Numbered from the stretch's first letter, positions 11,356 through 23,604 are shown. The stretch: DNA of 64,000 nucleotides from Gammaproteobacteria bacterium (GCA_013150915.1 JAADJE010000031.1:11139-75138); one strand, 5' to 3'. Notes: a model not told the origin generated them from the sequence alone. Program-made: numbers and translations.

Positions 11356-12637
11356 TAAAAACAAACTGAATCTTGTCTGTTTTCGTACCCGGAATAAGGA
11401 TGAGCCATGGAGTCTGAAAACCTATCTCGAAGTAGGGGGCTATTCAGCTCTGAAAAAGATTTTAAAAGAAAAAATACCTGCTGAGGAGATTATAGAAGAG
11501 GTCAAAGCATCCGGTTTGCGTGGCCGTGGTGGTGCTGGTTTTCCAACCGGTCTTAAGTGGAGTTTTATGCCCCGCACGGCAGCGGGACAGAAATATATCG
11601 TCTGCAATTCAGATGAAGGGGAGCCGGGTACGTTCAAAGACCGCGATATCCTGCGTTATAACCCACATCAGTTGATTGAGGGCATAATTATTGCGGGATA
11701 TAGCATCGGCGCATCGGTAGGCTACAACTACATACGCGGTGAATTCTGGGAGCCCTATGAACGTTTCGACGCTGCATTGACGGAAGCGAGAGAAGCGGGC
11801 CTGCTCGGCAAAAATATTCGGGGTTCTGGTTTTGATTTTGAGCTGCATATACATCTTGGTGCAGGGGCCTATATTTGCGGTGAAGAAACGGCATTGCTGG
11901 AATCACTTGAAGGGAAAAAAGGCCAACCGCGATTTAAGCCGCCATTTCCTGCTGGTTACGGTCTCTATGGTAGACCGACAACGATAAACAATACGGAAAC
12001 CCTGGCTTCAATACCGGTGATACTGGAAAAGGGCGGTAGCTGGTTTGCGAACCTGGGTAAACCCAATAACGGCGGTACCAAGCTTTTTTCACTCTCCGGT
12101 CATGTCACTAAACCGGGCAACTATGAAGTACCGATGGGTACCCCGTTCAAAGATCTGCTTGCCTTAGCCGGTGGTGTACGCGATGGCAGGACATTGAAGG
12201 CCGTGATTCCGGGGGGATCCTCGGTTCCGGTACTGCCGGGGGATGTCATGATGGAACTGGATATGGATTATGATTCGATTGCCAGTGTTGGCTCCATGCT
12301 GGGAGCAGGGTCGGTGATCGTGATGGACGAAACGACGGATATGGTCGATGTGCTGGAACGTCTTTCCTATTTCTACTATGAAGAATCCTGTGGTCAATGT
12401 ACACCGTGCAGGGAAGGGACGGGTTGGCTGTATCGGGTGATACACCGTATAAATTCAGGTGCTGGGAAAAGTGATGATCTTGATTTGTTGACTGACATGG
12501 CCAATAACATACAGGGCCGCACTATCTGCGCACTGGGGGATGCGGCGGCGATGCCGGTAATAAGCTTCGTCACGCGATTTAGAAGTGAATTTGAAGCAAA
12601 AATTAATATTAATATTAATCGAAAAGCAACGGCCTGA
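11348..12637 (+). CDS. nuoF: NADH-quinone oxidoreductase subunit F
   Basis: FMN/NADH-binding [10 protein letters not shown] and [13 protein letters not shown]3 cluster [10 protein letters not shown]; start taken as the ATG overlapping the nuoE stop (ORF track begins 18 nt earlier). Confidence 0.9.
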   Translation: MIDKNKLNLVCFRTRNKDEPWSLKTYLEVGGYSALKKILKEKIPAEEIIEEVKASGLRGRGGAGFPTGLKWSFMPRTAAGQKYIVCNSDEGEPGTFKDRDILRYNPHQLIEGIIIAGYSIGASVGYNYIRGEFWEPYERFDAALTEAREAGLLGKNIRGSGFDFELHIHLGAGAYICGEETALLESLEGKKGQPRFKPPFPAGYGLYGRPTTINNTETLASIPVILEKGGSWFANLGKPNNGGTKLFSLSGHVTKPGNYEVPMGTPFKDLLALAGGVRDGRTLKAVIPGGSSVPVLPGDVMMELDMDYDSIASVGSMLGAGSVIVMDETTDMVDVLERLSYFYYEESCGQCTPCREGTGWLYRVIHRINSGAGKSDDLDLLTDMANNIQGRTICALGDAAAMPVISFVTRFRSEFEAKINININRKATA

Positions 12638-12661
12638 AGAAATCAGACAGGCACAAAAGAC

Positions 12662-15007
12662 ATGGTATCAATAGAAATTAACGGACAAAAGATAGAAGCA
12701 GAAGCAGGATCGATGTTGATCAGGGCGGCTGATGCAGCGGGTATTTATATCCCGCGATTCTGTTATCACGATAAGTTGTCCATTGCGGCGAACTGCCGTA
12801 TGTGTCTGGTCGAAGTAGAAAATGCACCGAAGCCGCTACCTGCCTGTGCCACACCCATTACGGATGGCATGAAGGTAGAAACACGGTCTGAACTGGCGCG
12901 TGCCGCACAGAAAAGCACCATGGAATTCCTGCTCATTAATCACCCACTGGATTGTCCGATCTGTGATCAGGGTGGTGAGTGCGAGCTACAAGATTTAGCC
13001 GTTGGCTACGGCAAAGATGTCTCACGTTTTTCTGAAGGTAAACGTGTTGTGTTCGATAAGAATTTAGGCTCACTGATTTCCACAGACATGACACGTTGTA
13101 TTCAGTGTACTCGCTGTGTACGTTTTGGCCAGGAAATAGCAGGCATTATGGAACTGGGCATGGTAAACCGTGGTGAACACAGTGAGATTATGACCTTTAT
13201 GGGACAGGCCGTCTGTTCTGAAATGTCGGGTAATGTCATTGATTTATGTCCGGTCGGTGCACTGACCTCCAAACCCTTTCGTTTCAAGGCGCGCAGTTGG
13301 GAAATGCAAGACCATGATGGCATCGCTGTTCACGATACCGTGGGTTCAAATGTCACAGTCCAGACACTACGTGGTGAGGTGTTACGTGTCTTACCGCGGG
13401 AGAATGAAGATATAAACCAGGAATGGTTATCAGATCGTGACCGTTTCAGTTACACCGCATACAAATCAGAGCAGCGTTTGACCACGCCTATGCTGAAGAT
13501 CAACGGTGAATGGAAAGAGGCCGACTGGCAGACAGCACTGGATAATGTCTCCAGTAAGCTGAAGAAGATTGTTGATGAATATGGCGCCGACAGCATTGGT
13601 GCACTGGCCTCGCCGACCGCCACGCTGGAAGAATTTTCCTTGCTGGCGAAATTGATGCGAGGATTGGGTAGCCAGAATATGGACTACCGTCTGCGCCAGC
13701 AGGATTTCAGGGCCGATGGCGCAATGTCTGCACCCTTACTGGGGGACAGTATTGTCAGTCTTGAATGCGCTAAAACTGTGTTACTGATAGGCAGTAATAT
13801 CCGTAAAGAGCAGCCTGTACTGGCAACGCGTCTACGCAAAGCAGCAAGAAAAGGCGCTAGTATTAGCGCTATCAACAGCACAAAATTCGATTTTGCCTTC
13901 CCGTTACAGGTCAATATTAGTGTTTCTCCATCATCCTTAGTGGCCACACTGGCCCGACTTGCTGTCATCGTTGCAGCGAAAAAGAAGGTGCCTACCAGTG
14001 GTACTGTGGAAGATATTGCTGAGTCATGTCCCGCGAATAAAGAATTAGAAGGACTGGCAGACAGCTTGATTGAAGCCGGTAATGACGGACAAATTATTGT
14101 TGGTTCGATGGCACAGATGGATGGCAATTATTCTCTGTTAGTCGCACTGGCTACGATTATCGGAAATATCAGTGAAGTCAAATTCGGGAGGCTGGAAGAG
14201 GGTAACGCGGTAGCGGCCTGGCAGGCATCGTTCCTGCCCTTTGCCGACAGGGGCACAGTCGGTAAGAATGCCACTGAGATGTTAAACCCGGCCCTGAAAG
14301 CCTGTTTGTTATTTAATATCGAACCATCCTTGGATTGCATTGCAGGCAATAGTGCGCTTGATGCCTTACGTGAGACGGGCATGCTCATCCATATCGGCTG
14401 TTATCGCAGTGAGGAAATTGAAGAGCTCGCACATGTCATGCTGCCATTAGCTTCTGTTTTTGAGAGTGATGGAACACACGTCAATTGTGAAGGTAATATG
14501 CAAAGCTGGAAAGCGGCAGTACATCCACAGGGTGAAGCAAGGCCTGGTTGGAAAATACTGCGCGTGCTGGCGAATTATCTTGACCTGGATGGTTTTAACT
14601 ATACATCAAGTGAAACTGTTCGAGACGAAGCTAGCCCCCTTATCAGCACAACAAAAAGAACAGCCAGTATGGATGTCTATGCCCCTGTACTTGTTGAACA
14701 GAATAGGTTGGCGTGTATCTCTCATCTTCCTTTATATCGTATTGATCCCTTTACGCGCCGCTCACAGCCGTTACAACAGACGCTGGACAATCCACCTGCA
14801 GCAGCGGGTATGCACCCGGATACCCTGGCATCTATGGGTATCGATGACGGTATCACGGTAGAACTGGCAAATGGAGGTGGGAAAATTGATATCAGTGTGT
14901 ATGCCAGTACATCAATACCGTTGAACTGCATCTTGCTGCCAACGGCACTGCAGGAAACCGCCGCATTAGGTAATGCAAACTGGTTGGAGGTGAAGTCCCG
15001 TGCCTGA
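12662..15007 (+). CDS. nuoG: NADH-quinone oxidoreductase subunit G
   Basis: 781 aa; N-terminal 2Fe-2S and 4Fe-4S cysteine clusters, molybdopterin-oxidoreductase-like fold. Confidence 0.92.
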   Translation: MVSIEINGQKIEAEAGSMLIRAADAAGIYIPRFCYHDKLSIAANCRMCLVEVENAPKPLPACATPITDGMKVETRSELARAAQKSTMEFLLINHPLDCPICDQGGECELQDLAVGYGKDVSRFSEGKRVVFDKNLGSLISTDMTRCIQCTRCVRFGQEIAGIMELGMVNRGEHSEIMTFMGQAVCSEMSGNVIDLCPVGALTSKPFRFKARSWEMQDHDGIAVHDTVGSNVTVQTLRGEVLRVLPRENEDINQEWLSDRDRFSYTAYKSEQRLTTPMLKINGEWKEADWQTALDNVSSKLKKIVDEYGADSIGALASPTATLEEFSLLAKLMRGLGSQNMDYRLRQQDFRADGAMSAPLLGDSIVSLECAKTVLLIGSNIRKEQPVLATRLRKAARKGASISAINSTKFDFAFPLQVNISVSPSSLVATLARLAVIVAAKKKVPTSGTVEDIAESCPANKELEGLADSLIEAGNDGQIIVGSMAQMDGNYSLLVALATIIGNISEVKFGRLEEGNAVAAWQASFLPFADRGTVGKNATEMLNPALKACLLFNIEPSLDCIAGNSALDALRETGMLIHIGCYRSEEIEELAHVMLPLASVFESDGTHVNCEGNMQSWKAAVHPQGEARPGWKILRVLANYLDLDGFNYTSSETVRDEASPLISTTKRTASMDVYAPVLVEQNRLACISHLPLYRIDPFTRRSQPLQQTLDNPPAAAGMHPDTLASMGIDDGITVELANGGGKIDISVYASTSIPLNCILLPTALQETAALGNANWLEVKSRA

Positions 15008-16058
15008 ATGGATACTCTATTTGCTTGATTTCCTCCCCGATTGGGACTGGTTGCATGTTCTGCTTATCGCACTCATCAAGGTGGTGGCGATCTTCATACC
15101 CCTGGTTGTGGCGGTTGCCTATTTACCCTATGCGGAGCGAAAAATCATTGGCTATATGCAGATCCGTATCGGACCCAATCGGGTAGGCCCCAGGGGATGG
15201 CTGCAACCGATTGCGGATGCACTGAAGCTGATTCTTAAAGAAATCATCGTTCCAACTAAATCCAATAAATATCTGTTCATACTGGCACCGATACTGGCTA
15301 TGGGGCCAGCCATTGCTGTCTGGTCTGTAATTCCCTTTACTGACACATTGGTACTGGCTGACATCAATGCGGGTCTGCTGTTTGTCCTTGCCGTGAGCTC
15401 CATCGGTGTCTATGGCATCATCATTGCCGGTTGGGCATCCAATTCAAAATATGCATTTCTCAGCGCCATGCGTGCCTCTGCTCAGATTGTCTCCTATGAA
15501 CTGGCGATGGGTTTTGCGCTGGTAACGGTACTGATGGCGGCAGGTAGCCTGAACCTGCGTGAAATCGTTCTGGCACAGAGCGGGGGGTTAACAAACTGGT
15601 ATCTCTGGCCACTATTCCCGATGTTCATGGTGTACTTTATTTCAGGCGTTGCCGAAACCAATCGTGCACCTTTTGATGTGGCTGAAGGTGAATCAGAGAT
15701 TGTTGCAGGCTTTCATGTTGAATATTCCGGCATGACCTTTGCTGTTTTCTTCCTGGCGGAATACGCGAACATGATATTGATAGCTACCCTGACATCACTG
15801 ATGTTTCTCGGTGGCTGGATGTCACCATTTGGTGCGGCATCGGATATTATAATTCTTGGTGATGGCATTCATTGGCTGTTGCTGAAAACCAGTTTTTTAT
15901 TGTTCTTCTTCCTCTGGTTCCGGGCGACATTCCCGCGTTATCGCTATGACCAGATTATGCGCCTGGGCTGGAAGGTCTTTCTTCCGCTGACAATTTTCTG
16001 GATTGTTTTTATGGGTGTCATGATGTTTCTTACGCCATGGGGTTACCTGTTTCATTAG
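15000..16058 (+). CDS. nuoH: NADH-quinone oxidoreductase subunit H
   Basis: 352 aa, 8 TM helices; [21 protein letters not shown] motif. Confidence 0.92.
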   Translation: MPEWILYLLDFLPDWDWLHVLLIALIKVVAIFIPLVVAVAYLPYAERKIIGYMQIRIGPNRVGPRGWLQPIADALKLILKEIIVPTKSNKYLFILAPILAMGPAIAVWSVIPFTDTLVLADINAGLLFVLAVSSIGVYGIIIAGWASNSKYAFLSAMRASAQIVSYELAMGFALVTVLMAAGSLNLREIVLAQSGGLTNWYLWPLFPMFMVYFISGVAETNRAPFDVAEGESEIVAGFHVEYSGMTFAVFFLAEYANMILIATLTSLMFLGGWMSPFGAASDIIILGDGIHWLLLKTSFLLFFFLWFRATFPRYRYDQIMRLGWKVFLPLTIFWIVFMGVMMFLTPWGYLFH

Positions 16059-16068
16059 GGGGGGCATA

Positions 16069-16560
16069 ATGATAAAAAAAGCAATTTATACCATTAAGAG
16101 TCTATTCCTGATCGAGTTGATGAAGGGTTTGTCCGTAACGGGCAAACACCTGTTTAAAAGAAAGATCACGGTGCAGTATCCTGAAGAAAAAACACCAATG
16201 TCTTTCCGTTTTCGTGGTTTGCATGCACTGCGCCGCTATCCGAATGGCGAAGAACGCTGTATTGCCTGTAAATTGTGTGAGGCAGTATGTCCGGCCCTGG
16301 CAATAAAGATAGATTCTGAAGTCAGAGAGGATGGCTCACGCCGCACAAAAAGATACGATATTGATTTAACGAAGTGCATATTCTGCGGTTTCTGTGAAGA
16401 GGCCTGCCCTGTAGATGCCATCGTCGAAACGCGTGTGTTTGAATATTTCGGCGAAAAAGCAGGTGATCTTTATTACACCAAGGACATGTTGCTGGCTGTT
16501 GGAGACCGCATGGAAGCAAGTATTGCAAGCGACAGGAAACAGGATGCCGTTTACCGGTAG
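16069..16560 (+). CDS. nuoI: NADH-quinone oxidoreductase subunit I
   Basis: Two ferredoxin-type motifs [12 protein letters not shown] and [12 protein letters not shown]. Confidence 0.92.
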   Translation: MIKKAIYTIKSLFLIELMKGLSVTGKHLFKRKITVQYPEEKTPMSFRFRGLHALRRYPNGEERCIACKLCEAVCPALAIKIDSEVREDGSRRTKRYDIDLTKCIFCGFCEEACPVDAIVETRVFEYFGEKAGDLYYTKDMLLAVGDRMEASIASDRKQDAVYR

Positions 16561-16584
16561 CTGTATGAAGGTATATAAAAACCT

Positions 16585-17190
16585 ATGACATTTGAACAAC
16601 TGGTATTTTATTTTCTCGCATCGGTAGCCGTGATAGCGGCTGGCCTGGTGATTACCGTACGTAACCCGGTACGGGCAGCCTTGTTCCTGATTCTGACATT
16701 TTTTACAGTAGCCGTGATCTGGTTATTACTGGAAGCAGAATTTTTAGCCATTGTGCTGGTGCTGGTATATGTCGGCGCAGTAATGGTGTTGTTCCTGTTT
16801 GTGGTGATGATGCTTGATATTGATACTGATCAGCTACGAGAAGGCTTTGCTGAATACTTGCCCATCGGTGCGACAGTGGCAGTCATCATACTGCTGCAAC
16901 TGGTTATCGTTTTCAGTTTCGGCCCTTTTGATCTAGAACAGATGCCGGCTCCAGCCGCAGCGGCTGTTGACTACAGCAACACACACCAGCTGGGCCTGTT
17001 GCTCTACACATACTATGTTTACCCATTTGAACTGGCGGCAGTTTTACTGCTGCTGGCAATGGTTGCAGCTATTGCTTTGAGCCTGAGAGGGCGCCTGTCT
17101 GCAAAACGGCAGAGACCAGATGCCCAGGTGCGTGTCCGTAAAGAAGACCGTTTACGCATAGTGAAAATGAATGCTGAGAAGCAGGACTGA
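16585..17190 (+). CDS. nuoJ: NADH-quinone oxidoreductase subunit J
   Basis: 201 aa membrane protein, conserved NuoJ N-terminal helices. Confidence 0.9.
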   Translation: MTFEQLVFYFLASVAVIAAGLVITVRNPVRAALFLILTFFTVAVIWLLLEAEFLAIVLVLVYVGAVMVLFLFVVMMLDIDTDQLREGFAEYLPIGATVAVIILLQLVIVFSFGPFDLEQMPAPAAAAVDYSNTHQLGLLLYTYYVYPFELAAVLLLLAMVAAIALSLRGRLSAKRQRPDAQVRVRKEDRLRIVKMNAEKQD

Positions 17191-17245
17191 CCGGGGTTTA
17201 CTCACATGGGTTTACGGACAAAGGATAAATGACCAGGACTTTATA

Positions 17246-17551
17246 ATGATTGCTTTATCAGACTATTTGATACTAGGCGCCATACTGTTCTCGATTAGTG
17301 TGACCGGGATCTATTTGAACAGGAAAAATGTCATCATCCTGCTAATGTCTATCGAGTTGATGCTGCTCTCAGTCAATCTCAACTTTATTGCCTTTTCGTA
17401 TTATTTGAATGATCTGGCAGGACAGGTCTTTGTGTTTTTTATCCTTACCGTAGCGGCAGCAGAATCTGCAATTGGCCTGGCCATAATCATTGTTCTATTT
17501 CGGCGCAGGCATACCATTAACATCGAAGATTTGGACAGTTTAAAGGGATAG
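17246..17551 (+). CDS. nuoK: NADH-quinone oxidoreductase subunit K
   Basis: 101 aa from the internal ATG ([15 protein letters not shown]…); the longer 17171 ORF start would overlap nuoJ and add a non-conserved leader. Confidence 0.88.
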   Translation: MIALSDYLILGAILFSISVTGIYLNRKNVIILLMSIELMLLSVNLNFIAFSYYLNDLAGQVFVFFILTVAAAESAIGLAIIIVLFRRRHTINIEDLDSLKG

Positions 17552-17552
17552 C

Positions 17553-19532
17553 ATGATGGATGACATGAAACTCATTTATCTAGCAATCCCATTAGTGTGT
17601 TTGTTTGCTGCACTGATAGCGGGAGTCTTTGGGCGCCAGATTGGCCGTGTTGGGGCACACAGTATCACCGTGGCGGGTGTAGCAGTAGCCTTTGCCCTAT
17701 CGCTCTATGTCTATCTAGATGTGATTGCAGGCAATACATTCAATGGCACTATATATATCTGGGGTGTCAGTGATAACTTTCCCTTTGAAGTGGGCTTTCT
17801 GATTGATAGCCTGACTGCCACCATGATGGTGGTAGTGACCTTTGTTTCACTGATGGTACATATCTACACCATTGGTTATATGCGTGATGATCCGGGCTAT
17901 CAGCGTTTCTTTAGCTATATCTCCTTATTCACTTTTGCAATGCTTATGCTGGTGATGTCGAATAACTTCCTGCAGTTGTTCTTTGGCTGGGAACTGGTCG
18001 GGCTAGTTTCCTATCTATTGATCGGTTTCTGGTATACCCGAGAGACCGCAATTTACGCGAACATGAAGGCGTTTTTGGTCAACCGTATTGGTGACCTTGC
18101 CTTCCTGATTGGTATCGCTGCGATATATGCCACATTTGGTACGCTGGACTACAGTGCCGTTTTTGCCTCAGTACCGGAAGTACTCGGGCAGACCATTGAA
18201 ATTCTGCCAGGCAGTGAATGGAGCATCATTACCTTTATCAGTATCCTGTTGTTCATTGGAGCCATGGGAAAATCAGCCCAGGTTCCATTACATGTCTGGC
18301 TACCTGATTCAATGGAAGGTCCGACACCTATCTCTGCATTAATCCACGCAGCGACTATGGTGACCGCTGGCATATTCATGGTGGCACGTACCTCACCCAT
18401 ATTTGAATTTTCAGAAACTGCATTGAGTGTGGTGATGATCATCGGTGCGATCACAGCATTTTTCATGGCCTTACTTGGTCTGGTACAAAACGACATCAAG
18501 CGTGTTATTGCTTACTCAACATTGTCACAGTTGGGTTATATGACAGTAGGTCTTGGCGCATCGGGCTATGCGGCATCCATTTTCCATCTAGGCACCCATG
18601 CGTTTTTCAAAGCGCTGCTTTTCCTCGCTGCAGGCTCTGTCATAATCGCCATGCACCATGAGCAGGATATGCGCAAAATGGGAGGGCTTAGGAAGTTTCT
18701 GCCCTGGACTTATATCACGGCAGCGATTGGCTCACTGGCACTGGCTGGTATTCCACCCTTTGCTGGATTCTTCTCCAAGGACATGATCATTGAAAGCGTA
18801 CACCAATCAGAGTTATTCGGTTCCGGTATCGCCTATGCAGCCGTACTGAGCAGTGTAGTACTGACCGCCTTTTATTCTTTCCGTTTAATGTTTATGACAT
18901 TCCATGGTCGCCCACGTATGGATCAGCATACGTTGCAGCACCTGAAAGAATCACCAATGGTCATTGTACTGCCCTTACTGCTTTTGGCGATTCCTTCCGT
19001 GATCGCAGGTGCCTTATTTATTAATCCTATGGTTTTTGGTGATTACTTTTCGGGTGCAATTTTTGTTTTACCACAGCATGATGTAATCGGCGCGATTGCG
19101 GAAGACTATCAGGGGAAATCAGACCTGGCAGTTGTGTTCAGCTTTATGTTTCACGGTATTCTTCAGCCGCCATTCTGGCTGGCTATCAGCGGCATATTTC
19201 TTGCGTGGCTGTTTTATATTCGACTACCGGAATTGCCGGGTAAGGCCGTTGCATTAGTCAAGCCTCTGTATAGCCTGTTGATGAATAAATATTACATTGA
19301 CGAATTTAACCAGAAATTCCTCGCTAACGGTACGGTTGGTGTGGGTCGTCTCTTGTCAAAATTCGGCGATACGATATTTATCGATGGCTGGCTTGTGAAC
19401 GGTACTGCAAAAGTGATTGGCTATTTCTCAAGAGCATTAAGGCCACTGCAGTCGGGACTGGTCAATCACTATGCTTTTGCCATGATAATCGGTCTATTGG
19501 TACTGATGACCTGGTTTGTACGAATTAATTAA
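17553..19532 (+). CDS. nuoL: NADH-quinone oxidoreductase subunit L
   Basis: 659 aa antiporter-like subunit with long C-terminal extension (lateral helix). Confidence 0.92.
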   Translation: MMDDMKLIYLAIPLVCLFAALIAGVFGRQIGRVGAHSITVAGVAVAFALSLYVYLDVIAGNTFNGTIYIWGVSDNFPFEVGFLIDSLTATMMVVVTFVSLMVHIYTIGYMRDDPGYQRFFSYISLFTFAMLMLVMSNNFLQLFFGWELVGLVSYLLIGFWYTRETAIYANMKAFLVNRIGDLAFLIGIAAIYATFGTLDYSAVFASVPEVLGQTIEILPGSEWSIITFISILLFIGAMGKSAQVPLHVWLPDSMEGPTPISALIHAATMVTAGIFMVARTSPIFEFSETALSVVMIIGAITAFFMALLGLVQNDIKRVIAYSTLSQLGYMTVGLGASGYAASIFHLGTHAFFKALLFLAAGSVIIAMHHEQDMRKMGGLRKFLPWTYITAAIGSLALAGIPPFAGFFSKDMIIESVHQSELFGSGIAYAAVLSSVVLTAFYSFRLMFMTFHGRPRMDQHTLQHLKESPMVIVLPLLLLAIPSVIAGALFINPMVFGDYFSGAIFVLPQHDVIGAIAEDYQGKSDLAVVFSFMFHGILQPPFWLAISGIFLAWLFYIRLPELPGKAVALVKPLYSLLMNKYYIDEFNQKFLANGTVGVGRLLSKFGDTIFIDGWLVNGTAKVIGYFSRALRPLQSGLVNHYAFAMIIGLLVLMTWFVRIN

Positions 19533-19547
19533 TGAGACCGCCCTTAC

Positions 19548-21029
19548 ATGTTTGAAGTTAATCAATTAAGCCTCGCGATCTGGTTGCCGATAATCGGTGG
19601 TATTGCGGTGTTAACAATAGGTAATGATCAACACGCAGCACGGGTAAGGGTGGTTGCTTTGCTGGTCAGTATTGCAACATTCCTGGTAACACTGCCGCTG
19701 TATATCAGCTTCGACAAAACAGTGGGCGAGATGCAGTTTATCGAACATCTTCGGTGGATACCGGCACTGAATATAAATTATTCTCTGGGGATAGATGGTA
19801 TTGCTCTGTTACTGATCCTGTTAACGGCTTTTATTACCATTATTGTAGTGATATCTGCCTGGCAAGTGATTCAGGAGAAGGTGGCACAATACATGGCAGC
19901 CTTCCTGATTATGGAAGGGCTAATGATAGGTGTGTTTTCAGCCACTGACGCCATTTTATTTTATGTTTTCTGGGAAGCTATGTTGATACCCATGTTCCTG
20001 ATTATTGGTATATGGGGTGGGCCGAACAGGATTTACGCCACGATAAAGTTCTTCCTCTATACCCTGCTTGGTTCATTATTAATGCTGGTGGCGCTAATCT
20101 ATCTTTACGTCAAAAGTGGCAACAGTTTCGCGCTTGCCGATATGTATGCCGTGAAGCTCAACCTAACTGAGCAGATATGGTTGTTTGCCGCATTTTTCAT
20201 GGCCTTTGCCGTCAAAATACCAATGTTCCCAGTGCATACCTGGCTGCCTGATGCGCATGTTGAGGCTCCCGCAGGCGGTTCTGTGGTGCTGGCGGCAATT
20301 ATGTTGAAGATGGGCGCCTACGGCTTTATCCGATTCAATTTACCCATCACTCCAGATGCCAGTCACAGCCTATCAGGTGTCATTATTGCTCTGTCACTAA
20401 TCGCTATAGTCTATATCTCCATGGTTGCACTGGCGCAGACAGACATGAAGAGATTGATTGCCTACTCGTCGATCGCACACATGGGGTTTGTCACGCTGGG
20501 TTTGTTTGTGTTTAACAAGATGGCGGTGGAAGGTGCGATCATCCAGATGATCTCGCACGGTTTTATCTCCGGGGCAATGTTCCTTTGTGTCGGCGTGCTC
20601 TATGATCGTATGCACACACGGAAGATGAGTGACTATGGTGGCGTGGCGAATACGATGCCTAAATTTGCAGCATTTATGATGTTTTTTGCAATGGCCAATG
20701 TTGGCCTGCCGGGGACTTCCGGTTTTGTCGGTGAGTTCCTGGTGATATTGGGTGTCTTCCAGGTTAACGCATGGTACGCAATCATCGCTGGCACGACTTT
20801 GATTCTGGGGGCGGCCTACACTTTGTGGATGTATAAACGGGCCATTTATGGTGCCGTGAGCAATGACATGGTTAAGGCGCTAAAGGATATCAACAGCAGA
20901 GAAGGTTTCTTCCTGCTGATACTTACTCTTAGTGTACTCATCATGGGGCTATGGCCGGCGCCATTCCTGGAAATCATCCATACTTCTGTCGACAAGCTGC
21001 TTACGCTTTCGGCAGTAAGCAAACTGTAA
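19548..21029 (+). CDS. nuoM: NADH-quinone oxidoreductase subunit M
   Basis: 493 aa; HTWLPDAHVEAPAGGS motif. Confidence 0.92.
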   Translation: MFEVNQLSLAIWLPIIGGIAVLTIGNDQHAARVRVVALLVSIATFLVTLPLYISFDKTVGEMQFIEHLRWIPALNINYSLGIDGIALLLILLTAFITIIVVISAWQVIQEKVAQYMAAFLIMEGLMIGVFSATDAILFYVFWEAMLIPMFLIIGIWGGPNRIYATIKFFLYTLLGSLLMLVALIYLYVKSGNSFALADMYAVKLNLTEQIWLFAAFFMAFAVKIPMFPVHTWLPDAHVEAPAGGSVVLAAIMLKMGAYGFIRFNLPITPDASHSLSGVIIALSLIAIVYISMVALAQTDMKRLIAYSSIAHMGFVTLGLFVFNKMAVEGAIIQMISHGFISGAMFLCVGVLYDRMHTRKMSDYGGVANTMPKFAAFMMFFAMANVGLPGTSGFVGEFLVILGVFQVNAWYAIIAGTTLILGAAYTLWMYKRAIYGAVSNDMVKALKDINSREGFFLLILTLSVLIMGLWPAPFLEIIHTSVDKLLTLSAVSKL

Positions 21030-21039
21030 CGGTTAGTCC

Positions 21040-22488
21040 ATGAGCAATATATTCGCAGACATCCAGCTTGCCACTCCCGAAATTTTCGTGTTTTCTATGG
21101 CTTGTGTAATCCTGTTGCTCGACAAAGTCACCCATGAACGTATGCCAAAGGCGAGTTTTTTACTGACACAGCTTACTCTGCTTGTGGGTTTATACCTGGT
21201 TACGATCACCGTTCCGGAAGGAGGCTCGATAAAGGCATTCAATGATATGTTTGTCCTTGATGGTATGGCGGTGCTGAGTAAACAGGTTATTCTTTTCCTG
21301 ACATTCGTCGTGCTCATTTACTCCTATTCGTATATTACTGAACGCAAGATGTATCGCGGTGAGTATTTTGTCCTGATCCTGAATGCAGTGCTCGGAATGA
21401 TGGTAATGACTTCAGCCAGTCATTTCTTAACCATTTATATTGGCCTTGAGTTATTATCATTGTCGCTCTATACACTTGTTGCTATGAACCGTGATTCTGA
21501 TCTAGCAACTGAAGCGGCGATGAAATATTTTGTCCTGGGTGCTCTGGCCTCCGGCCTTTTGCTCTATGGTATGTCGATGATCTACGGTGCAACAGGTAGC
21601 CTCGATATAGAAACCATCAGAAGCGCCATACAGGGAATGGAATCAGATGATACCATGCTGATTCTTGGGCTTGTTTTCATTATAGTGGGAATTGGCTTCA
21701 AGCTTGGTGTCGTACCCTTCCACATGTGGATACCCGATATCTATCAGGGTGCGCCGACTTCGGTTGTTCTGTTCCTGGGGACTGCTCCCAAGGTTGCCGC
21801 ATTTGCCTTTATCATGCGTTTGTTAGTGGATGGTTTTCAGGGTCTTGCTGAAAACTGGTCTGATATGTTGACTATCATTGCCGTGCTCTCTATGGCGACG
21901 GGTAATATACTGGCAATAATTCAGACCAACCTGAAGCGCATGCTGGCTTACTCAACTATTTCTCATATGGGCTACTTCCTGCTGGGTATACTGAGTGCTA
22001 ATCCAAATGGATACAGTGCATCCCTTTTCTATGTCATTGTTTATTCGTTCACCAGTCTGGCGGCATTTGGTCTTATTATTATGATGTCACGAGCTGGGTT
22101 TGAAGCAGAAGAAATTAGTGATTATAAGGGATTGAATAAGCGACACCCGTGGTTTGCGTTTCTGGTAGCCCTGGTTATGTTTTCCATGGCCGGAATACCA
22201 CCGACTGTTGGGTTCTTTGCCAAGTTATCCGTTATTCAGGCTCTAATAGATGTAGAAATGTACTGGCTTGCTGTTGTTGCAATACTGTTTGCAGTTATCG
22301 GCGCCTACTATTACCTGAGAATTATCAAAACTGTGTACTTTGACAAACCAGAAAGAAATGAGCCGATAACGGCCAGGTTTGGCATGCAGTTCGTACTAAG
22401 TGCGAATGTGTTTGCACTGGTGCTCATTATGCCATGGATCGGTGTAATAATGGATGCTGTCAGTAACGCAATCAGTGCCATGGGGTAA
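21040..22488 (+). CDS. nuoN: NADH-quinone oxidoreductase subunit N
   Basis: 482 aa; FHMWIPDIYQGAP motif. Confidence 0.92.
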   Translation: MSNIFADIQLATPEIFVFSMACVILLLDKVTHERMPKASFLLTQLTLLVGLYLVTITVPEGGSIKAFNDMFVLDGMAVLSKQVILFLTFVVLIYSYSYITERKMYRGEYFVLILNAVLGMMVMTSASHFLTIYIGLELLSLSLYTLVAMNRDSDLATEAAMKYFVLGALASGLLLYGMSMIYGATGSLDIETIRSAIQGMESDDTMLILGLVFIIVGIGFKLGVVPFHMWIPDIYQGAPTSVVLFLGTAPKVAAFAFIMRLLVDGFQGLAENWSDMLTIIAVLSMATGNILAIIQTNLKRMLAYSTISHMGYFLLGILSANPNGYSASLFYVIVYSFTSLAAFGLIIMMSRAGFEAEEISDYKGLNKRHPWFAFLVALVMFSMAGIPPTVGFFAKLSVIQALIDVEMYWLAVVAILFAVIGAYYYLRIIKTVYFDKPERNEPITARFGMQFVLSANVFALVLIMPWIGVIMDAVSNAISAMG

Positions 22489-22538
22489 TTGAATCATAAA
22501 GGCACCCTAACGGTGTACAACAGAGGGTTATATTTAGA

Positions 22539-22880
22539 GTGGTTACGAATATCATAAGCAAAGCAAAATATGCATTAGTTATTTCTGTACTATTGTTAGC
22601 TGTCAGCGGCTGCTCCAGTTATGGTGCTGCGAAGATACAATCCATACCTTCAGGTGCTGAAGTCGTGAATCTTGAAGATGATTCATTGTTAGGGACTACC
22701 CCTGTGATGATTCACTGGAAAAATGACCGCGAAGAATCAAAGCTTATCACGGTACGTTTTCATAAAGCCGGATATAACGACAAAGTGACAGCATTCTGGG
22801 TCAATATGCGCCATGGTTCCCGAGCAGATGCTGAAAAAGAACCACAGCCAGTTAAGGTTGAGTTGAAGCCGAAAAAGTAG
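22539..22880 (+). CDS. small lipoprotein with PEGA-like domain
   Basis: GTG start; signal peptide with lipobox LAVSGC; PEGA-like signature IPSGAEVV…LGTTP…KAGY. Confidence 0.55.
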   Translation: MVTNIISKAKYALVISVLLLAVSGCSSYGAAKIQSIPSGAEVVNLEDDSLLGTTPVMIHWKNDREESKLITVRFHKAGYNDKVTAFWVNMRHGSRADAEKEPQPVKVELKPKK

Positions 22881-22891
22881 GACAGTGTGAT

Positions 22892-23254
22892 ATGAAACCA
22901 ACGTTTATTTTCTTTTTACTTTCTATATTACTGCTTTTATCTGCCTGCAGTAGCACGCCTAAAGTAATACCACTAAAGGTCTACTCCGAGCCTGCGGGGG
23001 CTTATGTAATTTATCGCATAAGCCGCACTTCTACAGATGCCCCCTGGGTGTATCTTGGAACCACACCACTGGAATCCGCTTTACAGCTTAATAGTGATAT
23101 GGCTAAGAATTCCAGTAAACTCAGTGTTCGTGTTATGAAAGAAGGGTATTTTGATATCAAGAAGGAATGGGATGCTGAAAAGCTCAAAAAAGAATCTAAA
23201 CAGAGAAAAATGCTATTCTGGAATCCAAGTCTGGTTGAACATCAGGTGAGGTGA
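22892..23254 (+). CDS. small lipoprotein with PEGA-like domain (paralogue of preceding gene)
   Basis: Signal peptide with lipobox LLSAC; PEGA-like signature EPAGAYVI…LGTTP…KEGY. Confidence 0.55.
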   Translation: MKPTFIFFLLSILLLLSACSSTPKVIPLKVYSEPAGAYVIYRISRTSTDAPWVYLGTTPLESALQLNSDMAKNSSKLSVRVMKEGYFDIKKEWDAEKLKKESKQRKMLFWNPSLVEHQVR

Positions 23255-23440
23255 AAGACAGAGGAACGGTAAAAGAGGAAAAGAAAGTCAAAACCTGGTT
23301 GCTTTCACGGTGATATGAATAATTTTTCTGTGGATGCGAAAACACAGTTGAATACAAGATATAGAATAAAGATAGATTCCACATCAAAATGATAAGACCC
23401 CCAGCCGTGTGCCAGCATAATAAATAAATCCCTTCGGATG

Positions 23441-23469
23441 TTGAAAAATAATCCCGTCATGAGTATGAT
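23441..23469 (+). promoter_or_regulatory. candidate sigma70 promoter for tRNA-fMet/rimP-nusA-infB operon
   Basis: TTGAAA - 17 nt - TATGAT ending 13 nt before the tRNA 5' end. Confidence 0.35.
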
Positions 23470-23482
23470 GCCCTCCGTCTGA

Positions 23483-23559
<77 letters not shown>

Positions 23560-23576
23560 AGGATTTATAAAAATAA

Positions 23577-23604
23577 GGCCCCGCAATGCGGGGTCTTGTT
23601 TTTT
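23577..23604 (+). terminator. intrinsic terminator/attenuator between tRNA-fMet and rimP
   Basis: GGCCCCGC-AAT-GCGGGGTC hairpin followed by TTGTTTTTT. Confidence 0.6.

Noticed and set aside
17171-17245. Longer N-terminal extension of nuoK (ORF-track start at 17171)
   Set aside because: The extension overlaps nuoJ and encodes a non-conserved hydrophilic leader. The internal ATG at 17246 gives the canonical 101-aa NuoK beginning [15 protein letters not shown].
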